From Gammaproteobacteria bacterium (GTDB lineage: Bacteria; Pseudomonadota; Gammaproteobacteria; Steroidobacterales; JACDCP01): DNA of 62,988 nt. The DNA lies in assembly GCA_050740235.1 (NCBI GenBank), contig JBOIDB010000068.1, positions 1 to 62,988 of the forward strand, read 5' to 3'. The notes beneath the pieces are model-generated. The model was not told the DNA's origin and did not search any database. It saw only the letters and a program-made list of their open reading frames with translations. The position numbers and the translations under genes are program-made. Positions 31,545 to 41,593 of this stretch are shown piece by piece (the first letter of the stretch is position 1; the number at the start of each line of letters is the position of its first letter).

Positions 31545-32471
31545 TCAGGCGCTCCGTTCGGCGACGCGCAGGATAGCGCTGCGCGCGCGCGGGTTTCGGG
31601 CGATCTCGGCCGCGGATGGCCGCACGGGTCGGCGCAGCTTCGCAAGCCGCGGACGGGCTGCGGGCGGAATCTCCGGCAGCCCCGCGAACTCGGGCGGGAC
31701 CCGCGATTGATTGCGGAGATACCGTTTGACGATCCGGTCCTCGAGCGAATGGAACGCGATCACGCACAGGCGACCCGCCGGCGCGAGCCGCTCGACGGCC
31801 TGCTCGAGGCCCGCGGCAAGCTCGTCGAGCTCACGATTGATGAACAGCCGGATGGCCTGGAAGCTGCGGGTCGCCGGATGCTGGCCTTTCTCCCGCGTGG
31901 GCACCGCGCGGGCAACGATCTCGGCGAGCTGGACGGTGCGTACGATCGGCGTTTCCGCGCGCGCAGCCAGGATCGCGCGGGCGATTCGCCGGGCGAACCG
32001 CTCCTCGCCGAGCGTACGCAGAACATGGGCGATATCACGTTCGGAGGCCGTGGCGAGCCAGTCCGCGGCCGACTGGCCGGCGTCCGGATTCATGCGCATG
32101 TCGAGCGGTCCGTCGCGCAAAAAGCTGAAGCCGCGGGCCGGGTCGTCGAGCTGCGGCGAGGACACGCCGAGGTCCAGCAGGATGCCGTCAAACTGGCGTT
32201 CGAATCCGGCCTCGGCCGCCACTGCCCTCATCCTCCCGAATGACCCCAGCGCGATCGAGAATCGCGCATCTTCCCCGAACCGCTGCCGCGCCGCGGCAAC
32301 GGCCTCCGGATCCCTGTCTATTGCCAGCAGGCGTCCCGAAGGACCGAGCCTTCCCAGGATTGCGCCACTGTGACCCCCCCGGCCGTACGTAGCATCGAGA
32401 TACGCGCCGTCGTTGCGCACCTCGAGCCCCTCCAGCACCTCAGCGAGAAGCACCGGCTCGTGCCCCCGCAT
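31545..32471 (-). CDS. rsmH: 16S rRNA m4C1402 methyltransferase RsmH (MraW)
   Basis: HEPVLL.E, DATYGRGGHS, DLGVSSPQLD, PLDMRM, FHSLEDRIVK, NPRARSA. Confidence 0.98.
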   Translation of the reverse strand: MRGHEPVLLAEVLEGLEVRNDGAYLDATYGRGGHSGAILGRLGPSGRLLAIDRDPEAVAAARQRFGEDARFSIALGSFGRMRAVAAEAGFERQFDGILLDLGVSSPQLDDPARGFSFLRDGPLDMRMNPDAGQSAADWLATASERDIAHVLRTLGEERFARRIARAILAARAETPIVRTVQLAEIVARAVPTREKGQHPATRSFQAIRLFINRELDELAAGLEQAVERLAPAGRLCVIAFHSLEDRIVKRYLRNQSRVPPEFAGLPEIPPAARPRLAKLRRPVRPSAAEIARNPRARSAILRVAERSA

Positions 32472-32483
32472 CGTCCCGCTACC

Positions 32484-32939
32484 CTACAGAGCCAGGGATT
32501 CGAGCTCTGCCGGCAAATCCATGCCGTCGGCTTCTTCGGCGTTAAGCCACTCGTCGCGACGCGCGCTCCAGCGCGTCGCGTCCCAGAGCTCGAACTTGTT
32601 GCCCTGGCCGATCAGAACCACCTGCCGGTCGAGGGCGGCGAACTCGCGAAGCTCCTTCGGCAACAGCACGCGCCCGTGGCCGTCCATGTCGATCTCCGCC
32701 GCATGACCTACCATGAGGCGCACGAGCCGACGCGATTGCCGGTTGAAGCTCGGCAGACGAACCAGCTTGCGCTCGATCTCTTCCCAGTCCGGAAACGGGT
32801 AGATCAACAGGCAGTAATCGCGATCGACGGTGGTGACGAGCCGCCCGTCGCCGCGTTCGGCCAGTTGCTCCCGATAACGCGTGGGGATGGCCAGGCGTCC
32901 CTTGGCATCCAGGGTGATGTTTGTTGCGCCGCGAAACAC
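32484..32939 (-). CDS. mraZ: Division/cell wall cluster transcriptional repressor MraZ
   Basis: 151 aa; FRG...LDAKGRLAIP, MDGHGRVLLP, GQGNKFELW. Confidence 0.97.
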   Translation of the reverse strand: MFRGATNITLDAKGRLAIPTRYREQLAERGDGRLVTTVDRDYCLLIYPFPDWEEIERKLVRLPSFNRQSRRLVRLMVGHAAEIDMDGHGRVLLPKELREFAALDRQVVLIGQGNKFELWDATRWSARRDEWLNAEEADGMDLPAELESLAL

Positions 32940-32958
32940 TGGTCAGACGATGGAAAAA

Positions 32959-32984
32959 TCCCATCTTTCCCCACATTTTTCCAC
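32959..32984 (-). promoter_or_regulatory. MraZ operator: three TGGGN-like repeats at exact 10-bp spacing
   Basis: Minus strand GTGGAA-AAAT-GTGGGG-AAAG-ATGGGA between the -10 and the mraZ start. Confidence 0.8.
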
Positions 32985-32992
32985 TTCGTGAC

Positions 32993-33022
32993 ACTATAGG
33001 GATGCGGTTCCCCCGGTGTCAA
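32993..33022 (-). promoter_or_regulatory. Sigma70 promoter of the dcw operon
   Basis: TTGACA (33022-33017), 18-bp spacer, TATAGT (32998-32993). Confidence 0.8.
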
Positions 33023-33070
33023 CACGTTATGGAAAATATTTCTTTCGGCACAGTAACTTAGGGCGGAATT

Positions 33071-33086
33071 TGTGACGCAGTTCACC
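33071..33086. promoter_or_regulatory. CRP-family-like binding box upstream of the dcw promoter
   Basis: TGTGA-CGCAGT-TCACC (9/10 match to TGTGA-N6-TCACA) with AT-rich flanks. Confidence 0.45.
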
Positions 33087-33212
33087 TTTTTCCCCTGCCG
33101 AATACGGCAGAGAATCAGCAGCTTGAAGGGATTTTCCTAGAGGGGATCAGAAGACTTTGCCGCGCTGCGGCCGACATCTTTCTGTCTCTGCCCTCTGGTC
33201 ATACCAATTTGA

Positions 33213-33579
<367 letters not shown>

Positions 33580-33586
33580 ACTGCAA

Positions 33587-33595
33587 AAGATACCA
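33587..33595 (-). promoter_or_regulatory. Candidate extended -10 promoter for rnpB
   Basis: TG-G-TATCTT ending 7 nt before the predicted rnpB 5' end; no clear -35. Confidence 0.4.
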
Positions 33596-33662
33596 GAAAA
33601 TCGGCATTGAACCGCGAGTTTCCCAGGCTGCGAAATGCTTCGGCGACGTGCGAGGATTCCGG

Positions 33663-33752
33663 CGAGAAATGGGGACATTCCTGATTTCCGCCGCAATCAA
33701 GAACCGATTTTCATCTGCCCTTGACGGAAATCAGGAATGTCCCCATTTCTCG
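33663..33752. repeat. 28-bp perfect inverted repeat element (GGGGACA family), overlapping the rsmI 3' end
   Basis: CGAGAAATGGGGACATTCCTGATTTCCG (33663-33690) / exact reverse complement (33725-33752), 34-nt spacer. Confidence 0.85.
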
Positions 33753-34582
33753 ACCGCCATTCTATACACCTCGTTGCGGCGTGCACCGGTGAGACGGACG
33801 GTCAGCTTGACAGCCTGCGCAAGCGGCAACTCTGCAAGCAGCACATCGAGCATGTCGGAGAGAACGCTATCGTCCCGCTGCCCTTCCGTCGTCCGGCCGC
33901 CGACGACGATAACGAGCTCGCCGCGCTGCATGTCCGCATCATTCGCAGCTCGCCCGGCCAGTTCGCCGAGCGCGCCGTGATAGATCGTCTCGTGCAGTTT
34001 GGTCAGCTCGCGCGCGACCGTTGCAGGGCGCGACGGCTCGAAAGCTCCGGCCATATCTCCGAGCGCCGCGGACAGCCGACGGCCGGCTTCGTAGAAAATC
34101 ATCGTGCGCGTTTCCGGCGCGAGCGTTGCAAGCCGCGCGCGTCTCGCCGCACCTCGGTTCGGCAGGAAGCCTTCGAAGACGAATCGATCCGTCGGCAATC
34201 CGGCGACGCTCAAGGCGGCGATCGCCGCGCACGGTCCCGGTATCGGGCTCGCGCGAATGCCCGTTTCGCGCAAAGCCGCCAGCAGGCGGTATCCCGGATC
34301 GCTGACGAGCGGCGTGCCCGCATCAGCCACGAGCGCCACATCCGCGCCGGCCTCCAGGCGCGCGACGATGAGCGCGACACGCTCCGCCTCGTTGTGCTCG
34401 TGCAGCGAAATCAGCTCGGCCTGCTTACCCCGGCGGGATAGAAATCGCCCGGTATGGCGGGTATCCTCGGCAGCGATGCAGTCCGCTTCGGCGAGCACCT
34501 GTCGCGCGCGCGGGCTCAGATCCGCCAGGTTGCCGATCGGCGTGGCCACGACGAACAAGGTTCCCCGGGAATGAGAGCCCAT
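33731..34582 (-). CDS. rsmI: 16S rRNA Cm1402 2'-O-methyltransferase RsmI
   Basis: LFVVATPIGNLAD, IAAEDTRHT, DAGTPLVSDPG, FEGFLP, RELTKLHE; divergent from lpoA. Confidence 0.97.
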   Translation of the reverse strand: MGSHSRGTLFVVATPIGNLADLSPRARQVLAEADCIAAEDTRHTGRFLSRRGKQAELISLHEHNEAERVALIVARLEAGADVALVADAGTPLVSDPGYRLLAALRETGIRASPIPGPCAAIAALSVAGLPTDRFVFEGFLPNRGAARRARLATLAPETRTMIFYEAGRRLSAALGDMAGAFEPSRPATVARELTKLHETIYHGALGELAGRAANDADMQRGELVIVVGGRTTEGQRDDSVLSDMLDVLLAELPLAQAVKLTVRLTGARRNEVYRMAVEKWGHS

Positions 34583-34633
34583 CTCGGCGCTCCGGTGTGA
34601 CGGGAGATGATCGTGCACGGAGGGCCGTCGAAT

Positions 34634-36513
34634 ATGCAAGCCACACGGAATCGCACACGCATCGCCTTCGCTTTCCTGCTCGCGGCGCTTTGCCTGAGCG
34701 CCTGCGAGCCCGGAAGAATGATGCGCCCGGAGACGCAGGCGGAGCGAAATGCGGCGCTTGCCGACGCGCGAATGGAAGCCGGCGAATTTGCGGCGGCGGC
34801 GGAGCTGTACGAGCGGCTCGCCGAAGGCGCGCCGGCGGCCGAACGCAATCGCTATCGACTGGCGGCGGCCGACGCCTGGTGGGAAGCCGGCGAAGTCGAG
34901 CGCACGCGCACGAATCTGACTGCCCTCGAAGGCGAGCTCACAGCCGAGGAGCTGCAAATCCAGGCGCCGCTCGCTGCGCGAGTCGATCTCGCGCGCGGTC
35001 ACCCGGAGCGCGCGTTGCAGCGTCTGGCGCAACTGCCGCGCAAGCTGCCTCAGGAGCTGCTCGTCGACGTGCTGGAGATCGAAGGCACGGCGCATTTTCG
35101 CGCGGGGCAAACGCTGCGCGGCATCGAAGTCCTCGTCGAGCGCGAAGCCTGGCTCGAATCGCGCGACGACGTGCTCGACAATCACCGGCTCATCTGGAAC
35201 AGCATGCTCGAAAGCCGCGCGGAGGATCTTCCGCCGGAGACGGCAGCGGAGGATCCCGTCATCGCGGGATGGCTGTCGCTCGGACAAGCCGCGTTTACCG
35301 CCGGCCGCAATGCCTCCGCGTTCCGCGAGCAACTCGAAGGCTGGCGGGAAACGCATCCCGATCACCCGGCCGGCGATGCGCTGCTGCAGGACATATTGCG
35401 CAGCGTGCGCACGGTCATGCGGTATCCGCAGCAGGTCGCGCTGCTGCTGCCCCTGAGCGGCCGCGAGGCCGCCGCGGCGTCGGCTCTGCGTGACGGATTC
35501 CTGGCTGCGTGGTTCACGCACGAGTCGGAAGCCGCGCGGCCGCGCGTGCAGGTGTACGACGTGGCCGAGCGCAATGCGAAGAGCGTCTATAGCCAGGCGG
35601 TGCTGGACGGCGCGGACTTCATCGTCGGGCCGCTCACGAAAACCTCGGTGCAGGAAGTCGTCGAGATAGCCGGTGAAGTGCCGACCCTGGTGCTCAACTA
35701 TCTGCCGGAAGAAAACGAGACGGCGCCGCCGCCGATGTTTTTTCAGTTTGCGCTCGCGCCCGAGGACGAGGCCCGGCAGGCTGCGGCGCGCGCGCTTGCC
35801 GACGGCCATCGACGCGCAATCGCCTTCGTGCCGAACAACGACTGGGGCTTCCGCGTGCTGCGCAGCTTCGCCGGCGAGCTCGAAAGCGAGGGCGGCGTGC
35901 TGCTCGACTTTCGTGCCTACGATACGGGCGCAAGCGATTTCTCCGAGCCGATCGTCAAGCTGCTCGGCCTCGACATGAGCCTCGAACGCCATGCACGGCT
36001 CGCCGCCGAGCTCGGTGTGCCGCTGGCATTCCAACCACAGCCGCGCGAGGACATCGACTTTCTGTTCCTGGCGACGACCGCCGATCATGCGCGCCTGATC
36101 CGCCCGCAACTCCGCTTTCATTTTGCCGCCAACCTGCCGGTGTACTCGACTTCCGCTGCGTACGATCCGGCGCGGGAGTCGGACAGCGACCTGAACGGCA
36201 TAATGTTCGCCGACATGCCGTGGACGATCTCGCCCGACGCCGGCTCGCGGGAACTGCAGGAAACCTTGAAGAACTTCTGGCCCGCGCGCGCCGATCGCTG
36301 GGCGCGCCTGTATGCAATGGGTTACGACGCCTATCGTCTCGTGCCGCTGTTGCACGGCGAGGCCGACCCGCTGCGCGGCACGATGCCGGGCTTGACCGGC
36401 GTGCTCAGCATGGACGAGCGCGGGCGCATTCATCGCGATCTCGAATGGGCACAGTTCCGCGGCGGCAAGCCGCAGGAGCTGGCCACCGTCGAAGCGACGG
36501 CGAGCCTCGAGGA

Positions 36514-36517
<4 letters not shown>
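34634..36517 (+). CDS. lpoA: Penicillin-binding protein activator LpoA (lipoprotein)
   Basis: Lipobox ALCLSAC; N-terminal TPR-like helices; VALLLPLSG, GPLTK, RLYAMGYDAY; rsmI-lpoA-yraN synteny. Confidence 0.9.
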
Positions 36518-37496
<979 letters not shown>

Positions 37497-37508
37497 GCGG
37501 CTGATGCA

Positions 37509-37619
37509 GTAGCACAGTCGAATTCGTTCGACCAATCGTGAGGTGTGTGGCGGACTGAAGTCGGCCCTACGGTGGCTTTACGCGGTGGCCGACTGAAGTC
37601 GGCCCTACGGTCGCCCTAC
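37509..37619. repeat. Cluster of GTAG-tagged REP-like palindromes between convergent gmhA and sspB
   Basis: GTAG-CACA-GTCGAA-TTCG-TTCGAC (37509-37532, plus); two 38-bp-period copies of GTAGGGCCGACTTCAGT(C/C)GGC-type units on minus (37547-37573, 37585-37611); partial GCCCTAC at 37613-37619. Confidence 0.75.
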
Positions 37620-38017
37620 TTGATGATTTTGAGGTGCGGGGGTCGCGACTTGGTTGATTCGCCGGTGGATGCCGGCGCGCCCGGCTGGCCGGGCTCCGGC
37701 TCGGTGAACAGCATGCCCTGGCCGGTCTCGCGGGCGTAGATGCCGAGCACTGCGGGCATCGGCACGCGGACCTGCTGCGGCGCGCCCTCGAACCGCGCCT
37801 CGAACTCGACGTAATCGTTGCCGAGGCGCAAGTTCAGCGTCGCGTCGTATCCGACGTTCAGGATGATCTTGCCGTCCTCGACATACTTGCGCGGCACGTC
37901 GACGCCCTGGACGGCCGCGTCGACGACGAGGTGCGGCGTCTGGCCGTTGTCGGTCATCCACTCGTGCATGGCGCGAATGAGGTAGGGGCGTCGCGACGGG
38001 CTCGGTCTCTCAGGCAT
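37616..38017 (-). CDS. sspB: ClpXP protease adaptor SspB
   Basis: RRPYLIRAMHEWMTDNGQTPHL, IILNV, VLGIYARETGQG, C-terminal PHLKIIK. Confidence 0.96.
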   Translation of the reverse strand: MPERPSPSRRPYLIRAMHEWMTDNGQTPHLVVDAAVQGVDVPRKYVEDGKIILNVGYDATLNLRLGNDYVEFEARFEGAPQQVRVPMPAVLGIYARETGQGMLFTEPEPGQPGAPASTGESTKSRPPHLKIIK

Positions 38018-38022
38018 GAGCC

Positions 38023-38652
38023 CTATTGTCGCATTTCCTGCTCGAGCTCGGTCAGGCTTTCCTGGAACGACGGCCGGCTGAAGATCTCGTCCATGTAACG
38101 CTGGATCGGTTTCGCCTGGGGCGGCAGTTCGATACCGAAAACGGGCAGCCGCCAGAAAATCGGCGCGATGGTCGCATCGACGAGCGAGAACTCGTCGCTC
38201 AGGAAGAACGTCCTGGCCTTGAAGACCTCGGCGCTCGAAAGGACGCTGTCGCGCAGGATCTTGCGCGGCTTGTCGCTCGCCTTCTTGTCGCCGGCCTCTT
38301 CGATCTGCTGGGCAAGTCCGTACCAGTCCTTCTCGATACGGTAGAGCGCCAGGCGGAACTGCGCGCGGGTCACCGGATCCACGGGCATCAGCGGCGGATG
38401 CGGGAAACGCTCGTCCAGGTACTCGATGATGACGCGCGAGTCGTACAGCACGAGATCGCGATCGACCAGCGTCGGCACGCTGTGATACGGGTTGAGATCG
38501 ATCAGGTCTTCGGGCAGATCTTCTCCCTCGACGCTGACGATATCGATATTGATGCTCTTCTCGGCGAGCACGAGCCGCGTCCGGTGGCTGTGCGGATCGA
38601 GAGGTCTCGAAAACAGGGTCATCACGGAACGCCGGTTGGAAACTACCGCCAT
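38023..38652 (-). CDS. sspA: Stringent starvation protein A (GST fold)
   Basis: 209 aa; SHRTRLVLAEK, LNPYHSVPTLVDRDLVLYDSRVIIEYLDERFPHPPL; follows petC. Confidence 0.96.
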   Translation of the reverse strand: MAVVSNRRSVMTLFSRPLDPHSHRTRLVLAEKSINIDIVSVEGEDLPEDLIDLNPYHSVPTLVDRDLVLYDSRVIIEYLDERFPHPPLMPVDPVTRAQFRLALYRIEKDWYGLAQQIEEAGDKKASDKPRKILRDSVLSSAEVFKARTFFLSDEFSLVDATIAPIFWRLPVFGIELPPQAKPIQRYMDEIFSRPSFQESLTELEQEMRQ

Positions 38653-38668
38653 GTAAGGAACTCAACCA

Positions 38669-39523
38669 TCACTTTACTCGCTTCCAGTACTCCTGCTTGA
38701 GCATCCAGGCAAAAAGCAGGAAGACGAGCAGGAAAAGGATGACCAGGATGCCGAGATTGCGCCGCTCGAGCTGCACGGGCTCGCTGAGGTAGTCGAGGAA
38801 GTTGGCGATATCGCGCACGACGCGGTCGTATTCCTCCGCCGACAGCATGCCTTCGGTAACCGGCTCGAAGCGCACGAACTGGCGATTCACGCCGCCCTGC
38901 CCGTCCGGTTCCTCGTGAAAGACCGCCTCCTGCCAGCCCTGCAGCTCCCACAGCACATGCGGCATGGCGCTCGATTCCAGCACGAGGTTGTTGACGCCGG
39001 TCGGCCGCTCCTCGTCCAGGTAAAACGACTTCAGGTACGAGTAGATGTAGTCCGCGCTCTGGCTGCGTGCGGTCAGCGACAGATCGGGCGGCGCGCGGCC
39101 GAACCAGCGTTGGCCATCCGCGTCCGTCATCACGTTCGTCATGGCGTCGTAGGGCTTCTCGCCCGTGAACATGAGGTTCTCGATGAGCTGCTCCTCGGTC
39201 AGGCCGAGATCCACGGCGAGCCGGTTGTAACGCACGTACTTCGCAGAGTGGCAGCCCAGGCAATAGTTGACGAAGTATTTCGCGCCGCGCTGCAGGGACT
39301 CGATGTTGCCGACATAGTTGTTCGCCGGCTGAATGACCTGGACCTCGCCTTCGGTGACGGCCGAGACAAGCGAGGGCGCAAGCAACGTGGAGCACGCGAC
39401 GGCCAGATGCAGGTATCGGGCAACTCTTGCGCGCCGCACCCGGTGCCCGGATCGCGAAAGACACTGGATTCCGGCTTTCGCCGGAACGACGGAATTGCGG
39501 TGGGTCGCACCTCGATCAGCCAT
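38669..39523 (-). CDS. petC: Cytochrome c1 (bc1 complex); start either ATG 39523 or GTG 39439
   Basis: CLGCH heme motif, PPDLSL, AMPHVL, C-terminal TM and KQEYW. Confidence 0.93.
   Translation of the reverse strand: MADRGATHRNSVVPAKAGIQCLSRSGHRVRRARVARYLHLAVACSTLLAPSLVSAVTEGEVQVIQPANNYVGNIESLQRGAKYFVNYCLGCHSAKYVRYNRLAVDLGLTEEQLIENLMFTGEKPYDAMTNVMTDADGQRWFGRAPPDLSLTARSQSADYIYSYLKSFYLDEERPTGVNNLVLESSAMPHVLWELQGWQEAVFHEEPDGQGGVNRQFVRFEPVTEGMLSAEEYDRVVRDIANFLDYLSEPVQLERRNLGILVILFLLVFLLFAWMLKQEYWKRVK
39464..39491 (-). repeat. CGTC-tagged palindrome at the petB/petC junction
   Basis: Minus strand CGTC-G-TTCCGGC-GAAA-GCCGGAA-TCCAG; translates as VVPAKAGIQ. Confidence 0.75.
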
Positions 39524-40781
39524 GCCACCTGACCCGTTTCGGCAGCGGCTTGGTGCGGTCCCACCGCGTATAGAAAGGCATCGCGGCAAAGAACAGGAAA
39601 TAGAAGGTCGTAAATACGCGTGAGAGGTTGGTGTAAACGGGCGTCGCCGGCTGCATGCCTAGATACCCCAGCACCACGAAACTGACGGCAAATACGCCGA
39701 GCGCGGTTTTCGTCATCCAGCCCTTGTAGCGGATGGAGCGCACCGGCGAGCGGTCGAGCCACGGCAGGAAGAACAGCAGCATGACGGCGAGGCCCATCAG
39801 GATCACGCCGATGGTCTTGTCCGGCACGGCACGCAAGATCGCGTAGAACGGCGTGAAGTACCAGATCGGCGCGATGTGCTCGGGCGTCGCCAGCGGATCG
39901 GCCGGCTCGAAGTTGGCGTGCTCGATGAAATAGCCACCCATGTCCGGCGCGAAGAACACGATCGCGCAGAAGATGATGGCGAACACGATGAAGCCGACGA
40001 GGTCCTTGACCGTGTAATACGGGTGGAACGGAATGCCGTCGAGCGGGTGGATGCCGTCATCGCCCTTCTGGTCCTTGATCTCGATGCCGTCGGGGTTGTT
40101 CGAGCCGACTTCGTGCAACGCCATGATGTGCGCGATGACGAGAAAGACGAGCGCGAGCGGCAGGGCGACGACGTGCAGGGCGAAAAAGCGATTGAGCGTG
40201 ATGTCCGAGATGTAGAAATCGCCCCTGATCCACTCGACAAGCCCTTCGCCGACGACCGGCAGCGCGCCGAACAGCGAGACGATCACCGTCGCGCCCCAGT
40301 AGGACATCTGCCCCCACGGCAGCAGATAGCCGAAGAACGCCTCGGCCATCAGGGACAGATAGATGAGCATGCCGAAGATCCAGATCAGCTCGCGCGGCTT
40401 GCGGTAGGAGCCGTACAGCAGGCCGCGGAACATGTGCAGGTAGACCACCACGAAGAATGCCGAAGCGCCGGTCGAGTGGATGTAGCGGATCAGCCAGCCC
40501 CACTCGACGTCGCGCATGATGTACTCGACCGAGGCGAAAGCATCCTCCGCCGACGGCTTGTAGTTCATGGTGAGGAAGATGCCCGACACGATCTGGACGA
40601 TGAGCACGACCAGCGACAGCGCGCCGAAGTAATACCAGAAGTTGAAGTTCTTCGGCGCGTAGTATTCCGAGGCGTGCTCGCGGAACAGCTTGCTCATCGG
40701 GAAGCGCGCGTCGATCCACTCGCGCGTGCCGTGCAGCTTCGCGCCGAGCCAGTCCCAGGCGCTGACTTCGCCGATACCCAT
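39516..40781 (-). CDS. petB: Cytochrome b (bc1 complex)
   Basis: 421 aa; IRYIHSTGAS, LHMFRG, LPWGQMSYWGA, FFALHV, FHPYY; Qo motif reads PIWY. Confidence 0.98.
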   Translation of the reverse strand: MGIGEVSAWDWLGAKLHGTREWIDARFPMSKLFREHASEYYAPKNFNFWYYFGALSLVVLIVQIVSGIFLTMNYKPSAEDAFASVEYIMRDVEWGWLIRYIHSTGASAFFVVVYLHMFRGLLYGSYRKPRELIWIFGMLIYLSLMAEAFFGYLLPWGQMSYWGATVIVSLFGALPVVGEGLVEWIRGDFYISDITLNRFFALHVVALPLALVFLVIAHIMALHEVGSNNPDGIEIKDQKGDDGIHPLDGIPFHPYYTVKDLVGFIVFAIIFCAIVFFAPDMGGYFIEHANFEPADPLATPEHIAPIWYFTPFYAILRAVPDKTIGVILMGLAVMLLFFLPWLDRSPVRSIRYKGWMTKTALGVFAVSFVVLGYLGMQPATPVYTNLSRVFTTFYFLFFAAMPFYTRWDRTKPLPKRVRWHG

Positions 40782-41371
40782 CAGGCGGACCCCGTGTCGG
40801 AGCCGACCAGGATCACCGACTCGCCGAGATAGCTATAGGGCGGCACCAGAAGATTGAGCGGCGCCGGCACGCCCTTGTAGACGCGACCGGCGAGGTCGAA
40901 TTTCGAGCCGTGGCAGGGACAGTAGAAGCCGCCGGGCCAGTCGGCGCCGAGCTCCCCGCCGCCCGGCTGCAGGCGCGGCAGCGGGGAGCAGCCCAGGTGC
41001 GTGCAGGTGCCGACGAGAACGAGGACTTCGGGTCGGATAGACCGGTATTCGTTCGCTGCGTATTCGGGCTGCTGTTCCTGCTCGGATCTCGGATCGCGCA
41101 GCTGCGCGTCGTGGCCCTCGAGGTGCTCGAGCATCTCCGGTGTGCGCTTGAGCGCCCAGACCGGCTTGCCGCGCCATTCGACCTTGATCATGCCGCCCGG
41201 ATCGAGCTTGCTGATGTCGATCTCGACCGGTGCGCCGAGCGCCTCGGCTCGCGCGCTCGGCTTCAGCGAGAACAGGAACGGCGCCGCGGCGAGCGCGGTG
41301 CCTGCGACTCCGGTGACCGTGGTCGCGACGGTGAGAAAATGACGTCGGCTCGCGTCAACGTCTTCGCTCAT
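40781..41371 (-). CDS. petA: Rieske iron-sulfur protein (bc1 complex)
   Basis: Tat-like SRRHFL; CTHLGC and CPCHGS. Confidence 0.98.
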   Translation of the reverse strand: MSEDVDASRRHFLTVATTVTGVAGTALAAAPFLFSLKPSARAEALGAPVEIDISKLDPGGMIKVEWRGKPVWALKRTPEMLEHLEGHDAQLRDPRSEQEQQPEYAANEYRSIRPEVLVLVGTCTHLGCSPLPRLQPGGGELGADWPGGFYCPCHGSKFDLAGRVYKGVPAPLNLLVPPYSYLGESVILVGSDTGSA

Positions 41372-41500
41372 CTGGCCCTCTCCGAATGCAAGATCCCGGC
41401 AGCATCAGCACCCGCCGCCGACTTCGCCCACCCTGAATTCACCGCAGGTCGAGCGCGGGAGTTGTTTTCATTCACGGCTGGCGGCACGGGAAAATGGGGC

Positions 41501-41551
41501 ATTATACACAGTCCGCCGCGGCCTACCGCCGGGCGGGCGGCGGGATACAAT
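41501..41551. promoter_or_regulatory. Candidate divergent -10 elements for petA (TATAAT, minus) and degS (TACAAT, plus)
   Basis: ATTATA at 41501-41506 and TACAAT at 41546-41551 in a GC-rich divergent spacer; no -35 matches. Confidence 0.4.
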
Positions 41552-41593
41552 CGACTGATCGCCGGGTGGACCGGCGCCAGTCTCCCCCGTCGC

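Noticed and set aside
33095-33110. CTGCCG-AATA-CGGCAG hairpin as the rnpB terminator
   Set aside because: The T-run is on the wrong side for a minus-strand transcript, and there is no U-tract after the stem on either strand.
37547-37611. Mini-CRISPR interpretation of the 27-bp direct repeat
   Set aside because: Only two copies, an 11-nt spacer, no cas genes, and the sequence matches a GTAG-REP also found singly at 58641.
41490-41503. GAAAATGGGGCATT as another GGGGACA-family arm
   Set aside because: Short, lacks the core A, has no partner arm, and overlaps a plausible petA -10; chance cannot be excluded.
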